NCBI GenBank assembly: GCA_937124585.1
Contig: CAKZKT010000104.1
Span: forward strand, 1,316 to 65,315
DNA length: 64,000 nt
Direction: 5' to 3'
Origin: an uncultured Anaerolineae bacterium
Lineage (GTDB): Bacteria; Chloroflexota; Anaerolineae; CG2-30-64-16
In this document: positions 19,323 to 28,424 of the stretch, piece by piece
How the letters are laid out: each line of letters opens with the position of its first letter
Numbering within the stretch: the stretch's first letter is position 1
Program-made: the position numbers and the translations under genes
Notes under the pieces: model-generated
What the model was told of the DNA's origin: nothing
Databases searched by the model: none
What the model saw: the letters and a program-made list of their open reading frames with translations, nothing else

Positions 19323-20441
19323 TCAGGATGACGACGCGTCCAGATCGGTCGCCGGGGCCTCGGGGCCGGCTGTGCTCGCGCCGGTTGTGCTCACTGGTGG
19401 CAAGGTCATCGCATCGCCTCGCTCGGGTCGGACCGTCGGCTGATCGTCTCGCTCGGGCGGAATCGCCGGCCGACGCGATATCCCCTCCGGCGGCTGCGTC
19501 CCGAACCGGGTCAGCACGACTGCGCCCAGGCCGACGCAACCCAACGCCAGCCCAAACAACGAGCCGATACACCAGGGAAGCCGCGCCAGAACGGTGATGA
19601 TGGCCACACCCAGCGCAATCTCGCCGAGGGCGTTCGCGTTGTGGACACGCAGGGCTTGCAACAGGCGCTGCCCCAGCCACAGGCCGACGGCCAGCCAGCC
19701 GACCACCCCGGCGACCAGCAGGGCCAGCCAGACCAGAAGGCCGCTGCAACAGGCGATCAAGAACAGCAAGCCCAGCAGGAAGCCGACGACCAGGGTCAGC
19801 AGCCCCATGCTGAAGCTCATGAAAGGAGCCGAGGCGGCCTGGTCGGCAATGCGGCCCATGGCCTGCGGCGCTGCAGAGACAGCGATCGCGCCGAGCAGCG
19901 CCAGGCCCACCACCCAGGCCAGCGTGACCAGCTGCCACACCACGATGGCGCCCAACACGTCCCAGATGTCGTTCGACTGGCCCACTCGCGGCCGGAGAAA
20001 TTCCGGCGGCGCGAAATTGCCGCCGATGCGCGGCAGCCATGTGAAGGGCGCCGACAGGCCGCCGATCACTTCGCCCGTGACCACAGCGCCCGGCGCTCGG
20101 TGAATGGCGCCGCCGAACACGGCGAGGTCGCCATTGATCACGGCGCTCTCGTGCAGCGTCGCCGATCCGCCGAACAACACCACGTCACCGGTGACCGTGC
20201 CGTCCACGCCGAGATTGCCGCCGAACACCGCGATATCCCCGCGCACAGCGCTGCCCTGTTGCAGTTCCACTGATCCGCCCAGGACCGCCAGGTTGCCGGC
20301 CAGCGTTTCCTCCGACTTCAGCGTGAAGGATTGGCCGATGATCAGGCGATCGCCGGTGATATCCTGGGCTAAAGCTGTCGGTGCGGCCACGATCAAGATG
20401 AGCAACGCCAGCAGGCCGATGCCTGCAGCTCGACATTTCAT
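19323..20441 (-). CDS. Membrane protein with beta-helix (polymer-forming/bactofilin-like) repeats
   Basis: Signal peptide, repeated V-x-GD-x-x-V-FGG units, 4-5 C-terminal TMs. Confidence 0.75.
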   Translation of the reverse strand: MKCRAAGIGLLALLILIVAAPTALAQDITGDRLIIGQSFTLKSEETLAGNLAVLGGSVELQQGSAVRGDIAVFGGNLGVDGTVTGDVVLFGGSATLHESAVINGDLAVFGGAIHRAPGAVVTGEVIGGLSAPFTWLPRIGGNFAPPEFLRPRVGQSNDIWDVLGAIVVWQLVTLAWVVGLALLGAIAVSAAPQAMGRIADQAASAPFMSFSMGLLTLVVGFLLGLLFLIACCSGLLVWLALLVAGVVGWLAVGLWLGQRLLQALRVHNANALGEIALGVAIITVLARLPWCIGSLFGLALGCVGLGAVVLTRFGTQPPEGISRRPAIPPERDDQPTVRPERGDAMTLPPVSTTGASTAGPEAPATDLDASSS

Positions 20442-21031
20442 CAGACACCTCCCGATATGCGATCAGCATGGCGGTCCATTGCCCGTATTCGTCCGGCAGC
20501 ATCGAGATGGGCCACCCGCCATATCCATAGCCCGATCAGCGCGGCGGTCAGCCCAAGACAGCCGGCCACAGTCGCCTGCAGCGACAACCCGGCGCTGTCC
20601 AGGACGATCTCCAGACCGCGCAGGGGCCACACGAGGGCACCGAGCAGCTGGGCGATTGCGGCGAGCGCCATGCTGGCCTGCACGGGATACATGATCCCCC
20701 ACCACGCGCACGCGATCAGCGTCAGCAGCCCTGTGCAAGCGATGGCTCCCCACGCGACGAGCAGTCCCAGCCAGCCGCCCCAAGACCGACGCCGACTATC
20801 GTGCGCGGCGAGCCGCGCCATGACGCGCGCGGCGAGATCCGGCGGAGGCGCCAGCATGGGCGCCGCGCGGAAGCGCACATCCAGAGCCTGCCAGCGCGCC
20901 CAGGTGGCCGCGCACGCCGGGCAAATCTCCAGATGGGTCTTCAGGGCGCGCAACTGCTCGACATCCGCCTCATGATCCAGCGCCAGCGACATCAACTCGG
21001 TGAAATATGTATGCATAGGCCTATCCTGCAC
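20441..21031 (-). CDS. Zinc-finger (HxxxCxxC) anti-sigma factor
   Basis: HLEICPAC motif, C-terminal TMs, coupled to ECF sigma. Confidence 0.85.
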   Translation of the reverse strand: MQDRPMHTYFTELMSLALDHEADVEQLRALKTHLEICPACAATWARWQALDVRFRAAPMLAPPPDLAARVMARLAAHDSRRRSWGGWLGLLVAWGAIACTGLLTLIACAWWGIMYPVQASMALAAIAQLLGALVWPLRGLEIVLDSAGLSLQATVAGCLGLTAALIGLWIWRVAHLDAAGRIRAMDRHADRISGGV

Positions 21032-21632
21032 TCAATACTGTGGCCAAAGCAGATGCGCCGGACGGGATGCGTTCAGCAATTTGCAGCCTGGCCCGATGCA
21101 GCCGGGATTTCACGGCCTGCACCGTGATGCCCATGATCTCGCCGATCTCCGCGTAGGAAAAGCCGTACCAGTAATGCAGGATCAGCGGCACGCGATAGCC
21201 CGGCGCCAGGCGCTGCACAGCCTCCTGCACTTCCAAACGCGCCTCACCGTGCAAAACGGTTTCCTCTGGCCCGGGCCGGAGACTGGGCAGTGTGGCGGCG
21301 ACCGGGTCGTCGTCCAGTGAGAGCCAGGCCAGGCGTCGGCGGCGCAGGCGATCTACGCAGTAGTGCGAGGCGATGGACAGTACCCACGAGATCGGTTTGC
21401 GGGAGGGATCATAGGTGGCCAGCCTCGTGTAGATGCGCACGAATGTCTCCTGTGTGGCATCTTCGGCCTCGGCCGCATCGCCGAGCATCCGGTAAGCCAG
21501 ATTGTAGACCGGCCGCTGATACGCCTCGACCAGGCGGCAAAAAGCCGCGCGATCGCCGCGCTGGGCCAGCTCCCACCAGAGCTTCTCTTGCGCATCTATG
21601 TTCATGCGTTCCACCGTGTTCTCGCTCTCCAT
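21021..21632 (-). CDS. ECF RNA polymerase sigma factor (SigW-like)
   Basis: GDRAAF, VYNLAYRMLG, AEDATQETF, SYAEIGE, VKSRLHRAR. Confidence 0.93.
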   Translation of the reverse strand: MESENTVERMNIDAQEKLWWELAQRGDRAAFCRLVEAYQRPVYNLAYRMLGDAAEAEDATQETFVRIYTRLATYDPSRKPISWVLSIASHYCVDRLRRRRLAWLSLDDDPVAATLPSLRPGPEETVLHGEARLEVQEAVQRLAPGYRVPLILHYWYGFSYAEIGEIMGITVQAVKSRLHRARLQIAERIPSGASALATVLSAG

Positions 21633-21639
21633 TTGTTCC

Positions 21640-21665
21640 TACGCAATCGGAGGGTAAAGGTTTCA
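21640..21665 (-). promoter_or_regulatory. ECF (SigW-type) autoregulatory promoter
   Basis: TGAAAC-N16-CGTA directly upstream of the sigma gene ATG. Confidence 0.75.
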
Positions 21666-21763
21666 TCTTTGGACAGAGATTGGGCCGGCAGCGCCCAACT
21701 AGTGTATAATGCGACCGTCATGCGACATCGGGCTTTAACCCCACAGTCTCAAGGAGCCTCATC

Positions 21764-22783
21764 GTGAACACGCGTGCCTACATCGCCATCGAAGGTCCGA
21801 TCGGGGTCGGCAAGACGACCTTGGCGCGCATTCTGGGCGAGACACTGCCGGCCGAAGTGCTGCTCGAAGTCTTCGAGAAGAATCCTTTTCTGAGCGATTT
21901 CTATGCCGACCGCGCGCGTTATGCGTTTCAAACGCAGATCTTCTTCCTGTTAAGTCGTTACCGACAACAGCATGGCGTCATCGCCGAGACGCTGCGTCAC
22001 AGCAGCCTGGTGAGCGACTATTTGTTCGCCAAAGACTGGCTCTTCGCTCACCTCAACCTGCAGGGCGATGAGTTGCAGATGTACGAGCGGGTGCACGCCA
22101 TCCTCGGCGAGCAGATCCCGACGCCGGACCTGGTCGTCTATCTGCGGGCATCTACCGACATCCTGATGGAGCGCATCGCCTTCCGGGATCGGCCCTATGA
22201 ACGGCAGATGTCACGCGCCTACATTGCGGCGCTGAGTGAAGCATACGACCGCTTTTTTGCCGCGTTTACGGCTGCGCCCGTGCTGACGCTGGATACAGAC
22301 GACGTGGACATCGTCCGCGATAGCCTGGCACGCGCGGAAGTCGTTGCGCGGGTGAAAGCTGCGTTGCGCGCCAACGGCCACCAAATGGTCCTGCCAGAAA
22401 TTGACCTGCTGGCGACCGGTTATGAAGGGTCGGCCGGCCGACGCCTGGCCGACCTGCAACGCGGCCTGCGCTCCACATCCGCAGCCCGTTCGCCCAGCCA
22501 GATCTACCGCGCCTACCTGCGTCTGATCGCCCAGCTCGGCGAGCTGGGCCGCCTGCTGGACGACCTGTGGGCGCGCCAGGAGGCGCTTTTGCCGGTAGTC
22601 GGCAATCGCCTGGAGTCGTACGAGCGCTCGGTGGAAGAAGCCGCCGAACGTCTGCAAGAAACGCTCTCGGCGACCCTGGCGGCCCTGCTGCAGGTCGCCA
22701 ACGACAGCGGCGTTGATTTGGAGAGCTGCTATCTCCGCAGCAGCGCCGCCCGAACGGCCAGGATGCCGGAGGAACCGAGATGA
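21764..22783 (+). CDS. Deoxynucleoside kinase with C-terminal MazG-like helical domain
   Basis: IEGPIGVGKTT, NPFLSDFY, FQTQIFFL, PDLVVYL; extra 110-aa tail ending VANDSGVDLESCYL. Confidence 0.88.
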   Translation: MNTRAYIAIEGPIGVGKTTLARILGETLPAEVLLEVFEKNPFLSDFYADRARYAFQTQIFFLLSRYRQQHGVIAETLRHSSLVSDYLFAKDWLFAHLNLQGDELQMYERVHAILGEQIPTPDLVVYLRASTDILMERIAFRDRPYERQMSRAYIAALSEAYDRFFAAFTAAPVLTLDTDDVDIVRDSLARAEVVARVKAALRANGHQMVLPEIDLLATGYEGSAGRRLADLQRGLRSTSAARSPSQIYRAYLRLIAQLGELGRLLDDLWARQEALLPVVGNRLESYERSVEEAAERLQETLSATLAALLQVANDSGVDLESCYLRSSAARTARMPEEPR

Positions 22784-23418
22784 CCAAACGCTTCATCGCC
22801 ATCGCGGGCAACATCGGCGCGGGCAAATCGAGCCTGACCACGCTGCTCAGCCGGCGGCTGGGCTGGGAGCCTTTCTACGAGGCGGTTTCGGACAACCCCT
22901 ACCTGGCCGACTTCTATGCTGACATGTCCCGCTACGCGTTTCACTCGCAGATATTCTTCCTATCGCGGCGTCTGCGTCATCATCGCCGCCTGCTCGATTT
23001 CCCCGGATCGGTCATCCAGGACCGCAGTGTCTATGAGGACGCGGAGATCTTTGCCCGCGCGCTCTACAATCAGGGCCATATTGTACCACGAGATTATCAG
23101 ACGTACCGCGAGCTGTATGAGGTCCTGGTGTGTTTCCTCCCGCCGCCGGATCTGGTGGTCTACCTGCGCGCCTCGGTACCCACCCTGCTGCAACGCATCG
23201 CCTTGCGCGGCCGCAGCTTCGAGCAGAACATCGCTCCCGGCTATTTGACCGAATTGAACGCGCTGTACGAGGCCTGGATGCAAAGTTTTTCACTGTGCCC
23301 GGTCTTGACGGTTCCGGCCGACCGGCTGGATTTCGTTCACGAGACGGCCCATTTGGACCTGATCGTGTCCAAGATCGAGGAAAAGCTCAGCGGGAAAGAA
23401 GAGGTAATTTTTTCTTGA
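22780..23418 (+). CDS. Deoxynucleoside kinase (dCK/dAK-like)
   Basis: IAGNIGAGKS, NPYLADFY, IQDRSVYED, PDLVVYL. Confidence 0.92.
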   Translation: MTKRFIAIAGNIGAGKSSLTTLLSRRLGWEPFYEAVSDNPYLADFYADMSRYAFHSQIFFLSRRLRHHRRLLDFPGSVIQDRSVYEDAEIFARALYNQGHIVPRDYQTYRELYEVLVCFLPPPDLVVYLRASVPTLLQRIALRGRSFEQNIAPGYLTELNALYEAWMQSFSLCPVLTVPADRLDFVHETAHLDLIVSKIEEKLSGKEEVIFS

Positions 23419-23486
23419 TGTGCAGTTTGCGGATGTCGGGCTTCAGTGCTATGATTGCTGGCGAGGGAGAGGGGGCCAGCAAGACG

Positions 23487-24554
23487 ATGACAACACCGTG
23501 GTCAGTCGGTGAGGAGGTGCCGGTCGCGCCGGCAGAAAGCGCTGAACCGACCAGTGCCATGCTGGGCGATGTGCTGCATGTGGTTTGGAGCCACAACCGG
23601 ATGCTCCATCATGCCTGGCGCGACGCAGAGGGATGGAGCCAGCCGACACCGGTTGCTTATGGTGAGCAGCCGGCACTGGCTGCGGCAGGCGAGCGCCTGC
23701 ATTGTCTTTTCTCGGCGCAATTCATGCGCAATTACGAAATCTATCATGTGGCCTGGGACGGCGTCCGCTGGAGCCTGCCGGTCAACGTTTCGTCCACCTA
23801 CGGCGTCTCACGGCATCCGGTTCTGGCAGCCGGCAGCGATGGCGTGTTGCATGCGGCTTGGGCCGACACGACGCCCGGCTATTCCACGATCTACTACGGC
23901 ACGCGCGGGGCAACATTTTGGGCCAATCGGCCCGTGCCGAGCGGTCGGGGCATCATGCCCGCCATTGCTGTGGCGCCCGACGGCGCGGTTTACATCGCCT
24001 GGTCCGATCGGCGCAGCGATACCGGCGCTTACGATGTCTATTGTGCCCTCTACCGCGACAACATCTGGTATCCACCCGAATCGGTTTCGGACAGCGCCAC
24101 CGCCGACTCACTTTATCCCCAGCTGGCAATAGATGCGCGCGGGGTCTGTCATATCATCTGGAGCGAAGACAACGGCGAGACTTGCCGCATCTATCACGCA
24201 GACCGCAGGCCACAGGGATGGGCGAAGCCGACAGATGTCTCGCAGGCAGACGCTGATCTCGGCCTGGCGCGGCTGGCGATCAACCCGTTTGGCTTCGTGC
24301 ATGTCTTCTGGTCGGACGGCGCCACCATCCATCATCGCATCAAACCGCAGGCGTTCGATGCGGCCTGGCGCAGCTCCGAGCTTGTCACCCCGAATTTTGC
24401 CGAGCCCTCTGCCCTCTCCCCTGCCCTGAGCGCGTCACGTCGAGCGCATGTCGTCTGGTGCGGCCGCGACGCAGCCGGCAGCTGCCGCCTGTTTCACGTC
24501 GAGCGCACACCATTTCCCAGCCCCAGCGTCTTTTTGCCGATTGTTTTTAGGTAA
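23487..24554 (+). CDS. Repeat (beta-propeller-like) protein with C-terminal FLPIVFR motif
   Basis: About six repeats of P-x-LA-x-x-x-DG-x-HxxW...W-S-x-P-x-x-VS. Confidence 0.7.
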   Translation: MTTPWSVGEEVPVAPAESAEPTSAMLGDVLHVVWSHNRMLHHAWRDAEGWSQPTPVAYGEQPALAAAGERLHCLFSAQFMRNYEIYHVAWDGVRWSLPVNVSSTYGVSRHPVLAAGSDGVLHAAWADTTPGYSTIYYGTRGATFWANRPVPSGRGIMPAIAVAPDGAVYIAWSDRRSDTGAYDVYCALYRDNIWYPPESVSDSATADSLYPQLAIDARGVCHIIWSEDNGETCRIYHADRRPQGWAKPTDVSQADADLGLARLAINPFGFVHVFWSDGATIHHRIKPQAFDAAWRSSELVTPNFAEPSALSPALSASRRAHVVWCGRDAAGSCRLFHVERTPFPSPSVFLPIVFR

Positions 24555-24567
24555 GCCGTTTTTTTGA

Positions 24568-24639
24568 TTCGCGTAGTGTGGTGTTGTTTTTGGGATGTTG
24601 TTTGTGGAGTTTTTGGGTGTAGTATATTGGCTACACGAA
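24568..24639 (-). repeat. Dispersed non-coding element, copy 2
   Basis: Minus strand reads TTCGTGTAGCCAATATACTACA, about 40 nt without G, then ACTACGCGAA. Confidence 0.7.
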
Positions 24640-24675
24640 ATATTGCAATGTAAATCGCCAAAATAAACGACGCAT

Positions 24676-24715
24676 AAAAAGGCTCGAGGCGCCCGTTGGG
24701 GGCGCCTCGAGCCTT
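24676..24715 (-). terminator. Intrinsic terminator after the DUF362 gene
   Basis: Minus strand AAGGCTCGAGGCGCCC-CCAAC-GGGCGCCTCGAGCCTTTTT. Confidence 0.8.
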
Positions 24716-24759
24716 AAAACACACGAAACGGACACGCGGCGTCGCGTGTCATCCCGACA

Positions 24760-25983
24760 TCAAGCCGCGCGGCGCCGGCTCACAGCGTAGGCTGCGCCGG
24801 CCAACAACATGGCCAGACCTGTGGCCAGGACGCCGCCGGCGATGGCTGCAGTGCGCGGCTCCATGCCCGGCATCACAACCTTGCCATCACCATAGCTTTG
24901 GAACAAACGGCCCCACTTCGTCTCAAGCGCGGCCGCCACGCGCGGCCGGCCGACGAACGGATACCAGTACACGTTGTGATAGAAATTGGACGCGAAATAG
25001 CTCCACGGCACCAGCGGCGAACGCAGGAGCAGGTTTTCAAACGGCTTGAGCGCGCCGTGGTAGATCAGTTTTTGGCCGCGGCTGGCAAAGGTGTCCTCCT
25101 GCACAAACCCCCAGTCCTCGGCCGAGATGTCGTAACCTACCACCTCGATCTGCTTCGGATCGCCGATCCCCAGCCCCAGCTCATGCGCCAGACGGATGAA
25201 CTTCAAATCCATAGGGTTGAAGCCCTGCAGCTTGGCCGAGATGGCGTCAATGGCCACCTGGTCGGCCGAGGCCAGGATGATGTCCTTCTCGTGCCAGCGC
25301 ATGGCGCGCGGGCCTGGCCCATCGCCGGCAAAAGTGCCATCCATGACCGCGAACAGCCCGCTGTGGATCTCCTGCTGAATGGCCAACAGGTCCGCGACGG
25401 TCTCATGGATCACGCCATGCGTCCAGTGGCGTTTCTCGTTCAGCAGGCCGCCGAACGCGTTCTTCATGGCGCCGGTGATTACGGTGAAGACGTGTGTCTT
25501 GACTGTCGGCAGCTGGATGATGTTCTTGTCGAAGAAATACTCGGGCAGCAAGATGCCTTCCGGGAAGATCTTGTCCAGGACGAGCATGGGGGCCTTCGGG
25601 GTGTAGCGCACCCAGCGCACCTCCGGCTCGTAGAGGTGCACATTGCGCAGCCCGTATGCGTCCACGACATCTTTGTGCTTGTTGTTTTTCTCGCCCACGT
25701 AGGCGTCCACGACAACGGTCTTGTTGTGGGCCGCGGAGAGGTCGGTGTACCCGTCTGCCAGCAGCTTTTTGATCACGCCCTCGATCTGCCAGGGTGTGCT
25801 GGAGCAGGCCGGGTACCAGGTTTGCCAGGAGATGTTGATCTTCAGGATCGTCTCACGCCCGCGCGGCAGCGCCTGCTGGTAGCCGGCCATATCCATCAGG
25901 CGGCCGATATCTTCCAACACCGTCTCCGGCGTGGTTTTCAAGACGGCGACCTTCCCCTTCCCTGGAAAATCATGCGGTATCAT
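24760..25983 (-). CDS. DUF362 domain protein
   Basis: ILKINISW, LPTVKTH, ITGAMKNAFGG, VMDG, ASADQVAIDA; AAGGAG SD. Confidence 0.82.
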   Translation of the reverse strand: MIPHDFPGKGKVAVLKTTPETVLEDIGRLMDMAGYQQALPRGRETILKINISWQTWYPACSSTPWQIEGVIKKLLADGYTDLSAAHNKTVVVDAYVGEKNNKHKDVVDAYGLRNVHLYEPEVRWVRYTPKAPMLVLDKIFPEGILLPEYFFDKNIIQLPTVKTHVFTVITGAMKNAFGGLLNEKRHWTHGVIHETVADLLAIQQEIHSGLFAVMDGTFAGDGPGPRAMRWHEKDIILASADQVAIDAISAKLQGFNPMDLKFIRLAHELGLGIGDPKQIEVVGYDISAEDWGFVQEDTFASRGQKLIYHGALKPFENLLLRSPLVPWSYFASNFYHNVYWYPFVGRPRVAAALETKWGRLFQSYGDGKVVMPGMEPRTAAIAGGVLATGLAMLLAGAAYAVSRRRAA

Positions 25984-26011
25984 GGTGGTTTCTCCTTGAT
26001 CAAAATGCAAG

Positions 26012-26040
26012 TTGCCCGCCGGAGAATGTCCGGCGGGCAA
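26012..26040. terminator. Hairpin downstream of the fusA paralog
   Basis: TTGCCCGCCGGA-GAATG-TCCGGCGGGCAA. Confidence 0.5.
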
Positions 26041-26081
26041 CTTGGGTCGGCTGGCAGCAGTCCCAGGCCCGCCGACTGCTC

Positions 26082-28163
26082 TTATTCGTCTTCGGCTTCC
26101 GTGCGTTCGCGCCTGGCCTGCGCGATGATCGGCTCGGCGATGTGCGACGGCACAGGCTCATAGTGCGACAGGGTCATGCTGTAGAAGCCGCGGCCCTGAG
26201 TCATCGAGCGCAGGTCAATCGAGTAGCGCTGCATCTCGGCCAGCGGCACCTGTGCGGTGATGATCCCTTTGCCCTTCACCTGCTCCATGCCCTGCACCCG
26301 ACCGCGCCGCGTGTTCAGGTCGCTCATGATATCGCCCATGTACTCCTCGGGCACGGTGATCTTCACGCTCATCACCGGCTCCAGGAGCACCGGCCCCGCC
26401 TGCATGAAGGTTTTCTTGAAGACCTCGCGACCGGCGATCTGGAAGGCGATGTCTTTGGAATCCACCGGGTGCATCTTGCCATCGTACACCTCGCAGCGGA
26501 CATCCACGACCGGATAGCCTGCCAGCGGCCCCTGGTTCAGCACCTGCTTGATGCCTTTCTCGATGGAGGGGAAGAAGCTGCTGGCGATGGCGCCGCCGAA
26601 CACGCGCGACGTATCGAACTCGAAACCGGTGCCGGCTGGCAGCGGCTTGATCTCCATGTGCACTTCGCCGAACTGGCCGGCTCCGCCGGTCTGCTTCTTG
26701 TGGCGATAGAAGTCGGCCGCGCTGCGCGTGATGGACTCGTGATAGGGCACCTTCGGCACGGACGTCAACACGCTCAGGCCGAACTTGCTCTCCATCCGTC
26801 GGATGGCCAGGTCAATGTGTACCTCGCCCATGCCGGAAAGGATCATCTCGCCGGTGCCCTGCTCGAAGCGCACCGTCAGGGTGGGATCCTCCTCGGTGAT
26901 GCGCTGGAACGTCGGGCCCATCTTGGCCGAATCGGCCTTGGTCTTCGGCGACACGGCGACCGAGAAGAGCGGCTCAGGATAGACCGGCCGCGGCAAGACG
27001 AGCTGATTGCCCTTTTCGGTCAGGGTGTCATTGGTCGCGGTGGCCGAGAGCTTGGTCACGCCGCCGATGTCACCCGCCACCAGACATGGCACAGGAAGCT
27101 GCTCTTTGCCGCGCGGGCTGAAGAGCTGGCTGATGCGCTCCTCGACGCCGCTCGGAAGGCTCCAGACGCGGCTGTCACTGTTCAGTGTGCCGGAGACGAC
27201 ACGGAAGTAGGACACCTTGCCGACGTAGGGATCGGCGACCGTCTTGAAGACCAGCACCGACAGCGGGCCGGTGGCATCGGCCGCCAGCGTCACCTCCTCG
27301 CCGTTTGGCCGCTGCGCCACGTAGGGGCGCGCTGCAACCGGGCTGGGCATGAAACCGATCAAGGCGTCGAGCAGAGGCCGCACCGCCACGTTGCTCAGCG
27401 CAGAGCCGCAGAAGACCGGGATCACGCTGCCCGCGACTATGCCAGCCTTCAGCCCGTCCATGATCTCCTCGGCCGACAGCTCCTCGCCGTCCAGATACTT
27501 CATGATCAGCTCGTCGTCTCCTTCGGCTGCCGCCTCGACGAGCTGGGTGCGCGCTTCGGCAACCGCATCGGCCATGCTCTCCGGAACAGGGGCCGGGGTT
27601 GCGGCCTCACCGAGATACGCCTTCATGGCGACCAGGTCTACCACGCCGCGAAAATCGCCGCCTTCGCCGATCGGCAGCTGCGCCGGCACGATCGTGCCAC
27701 CGAACATACTACGGACGTTGCTCAGGACGCGCTGGAAATTGGCGTTCTCGCGATCCATCTTGTTCACAAAGACCGCCCGCGGCAGACTGCGATCATCCAG
27801 ATAGCCCCAACCCAGCTCCGTGCCCACTTCGACGCCGGCCACCGAGTCTACCACCACCAGCGCTGCATCCGCAACCGTGATCGCGCCCTTTACTTCGCCC
27901 ACGAAATCTATGAAGCCGGGCGTATCCAGTAGATTTACTTTGCAGCCTTGCCATTCGCAAGGAATGACCGATGTCGCCACAGAGATCTTACGCCGGATGG
28001 CCTCTTCATCCCAATCCGACACGGTGGTGCCGTCTTCGACGCGCCCCCGTCGGCTGGTGGCGCCGGTATCGAACAGCAATGCCTCGGCGAGGGTGGTCTT
28101 CCCTGCGCTGCTGTGCCCGATCAGCGCCACATTTCGCAATTGTTCAGTCGTGTAACTTGCCAT
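26082..28163 (-). CDS. fusA: Elongation factor G paralog (EF-G2-like, outside the str operon)
   Basis: GHSSAGKTT, DTPG, NKMD, EEDPT, GMGEVH, KKQTGGAGQF, VDSKDIAF, LLEP, LRSMTQGRG. Confidence 0.93.
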   Translation of the reverse strand: MASYTTEQLRNVALIGHSSAGKTTLAEALLFDTGATSRRGRVEDGTTVSDWDEEAIRRKISVATSVIPCEWQGCKVNLLDTPGFIDFVGEVKGAITVADAALVVVDSVAGVEVGTELGWGYLDDRSLPRAVFVNKMDRENANFQRVLSNVRSMFGGTIVPAQLPIGEGGDFRGVVDLVAMKAYLGEAATPAPVPESMADAVAEARTQLVEAAAEGDDELIMKYLDGEELSAEEIMDGLKAGIVAGSVIPVFCGSALSNVAVRPLLDALIGFMPSPVAARPYVAQRPNGEEVTLAADATGPLSVLVFKTVADPYVGKVSYFRVVSGTLNSDSRVWSLPSGVEERISQLFSPRGKEQLPVPCLVAGDIGGVTKLSATATNDTLTEKGNQLVLPRPVYPEPLFSVAVSPKTKADSAKMGPTFQRITEEDPTLTVRFEQGTGEMILSGMGEVHIDLAIRRMESKFGLSVLTSVPKVPYHESITRSAADFYRHKKQTGGAGQFGEVHMEIKPLPAGTGFEFDTSRVFGGAIASSFFPSIEKGIKQVLNQGPLAGYPVVDVRCEVYDGKMHPVDSKDIAFQIAGREVFKKTFMQAGPVLLEPVMSVKITVPEEYMGDIMSDLNTRRGRVQGMEQVKGKGIITAQVPLAEMQRYSIDLRSMTQGRGFYSMTLSHYEPVPSHIAEPIIAQARRERTEAEDE

Positions 28164-28200
28164 GACTCCTCCTCGGCCAGATATCCGGCCTGATCAAGAA

Positions 28201-28232
28201 GACTTCCGAAGCCGTCGCGGACTTCGGAAGTC
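28201..28232. repeat. GACTTCCGAAG-type hairpin in the fusA leader
   Basis: GACTTCCGAAG-N10-CTTCGGAAGTC. Confidence 0.7.
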
Positions 28233-28258
28233 GAAACTTGTCTCTCGTCAACCTGATC

Positions 28259-28287
28259 ATTGTACGCAGAAGTGCCCCCTCTGTCAA
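28259..28287 (-). promoter_or_regulatory. Sigma70-type promoter for the fusA paralog
   Basis: TTGACA-N17-TACAAT. Confidence 0.75.
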
Positions 28288-28321
28288 AGAAAACGCCAGC
28301 CCATCTGCGGCGGAGCCAGAC

Positions 28322-28350
28322 TTGTGCAGGCCAGCCAGGTATTTTATAAT
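28322..28350 (+). promoter_or_regulatory. Divergent sigma70-type promoter
   Basis: TTGTGC-N17-TATAAT. Confidence 0.65.
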
Positions 28351-28424
28351 GCCGTTGCGCCGATTTCCAGAAAAACCACAGGGTCTCAGCCGATCATTCG
28401 ACGCGCAAGAAAAGCCGAACAGGT

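Noticed and set aside
23130..23486. N-terminal extensions in the ORF track (also 46602-47039, 43925-44086, 53531-53674, 14795-15028)
   Set aside because: They overlap upstream genes in another frame; downstream starts fit family N-termini or SD sites better
26082..28163. Tetracycline ribosomal protection protein
   Set aside because: Motifs (KKQTGGAGQF, VDSKDIAF, LRSMTQGRG) are EF-G-like rather than TetM/TetO-like
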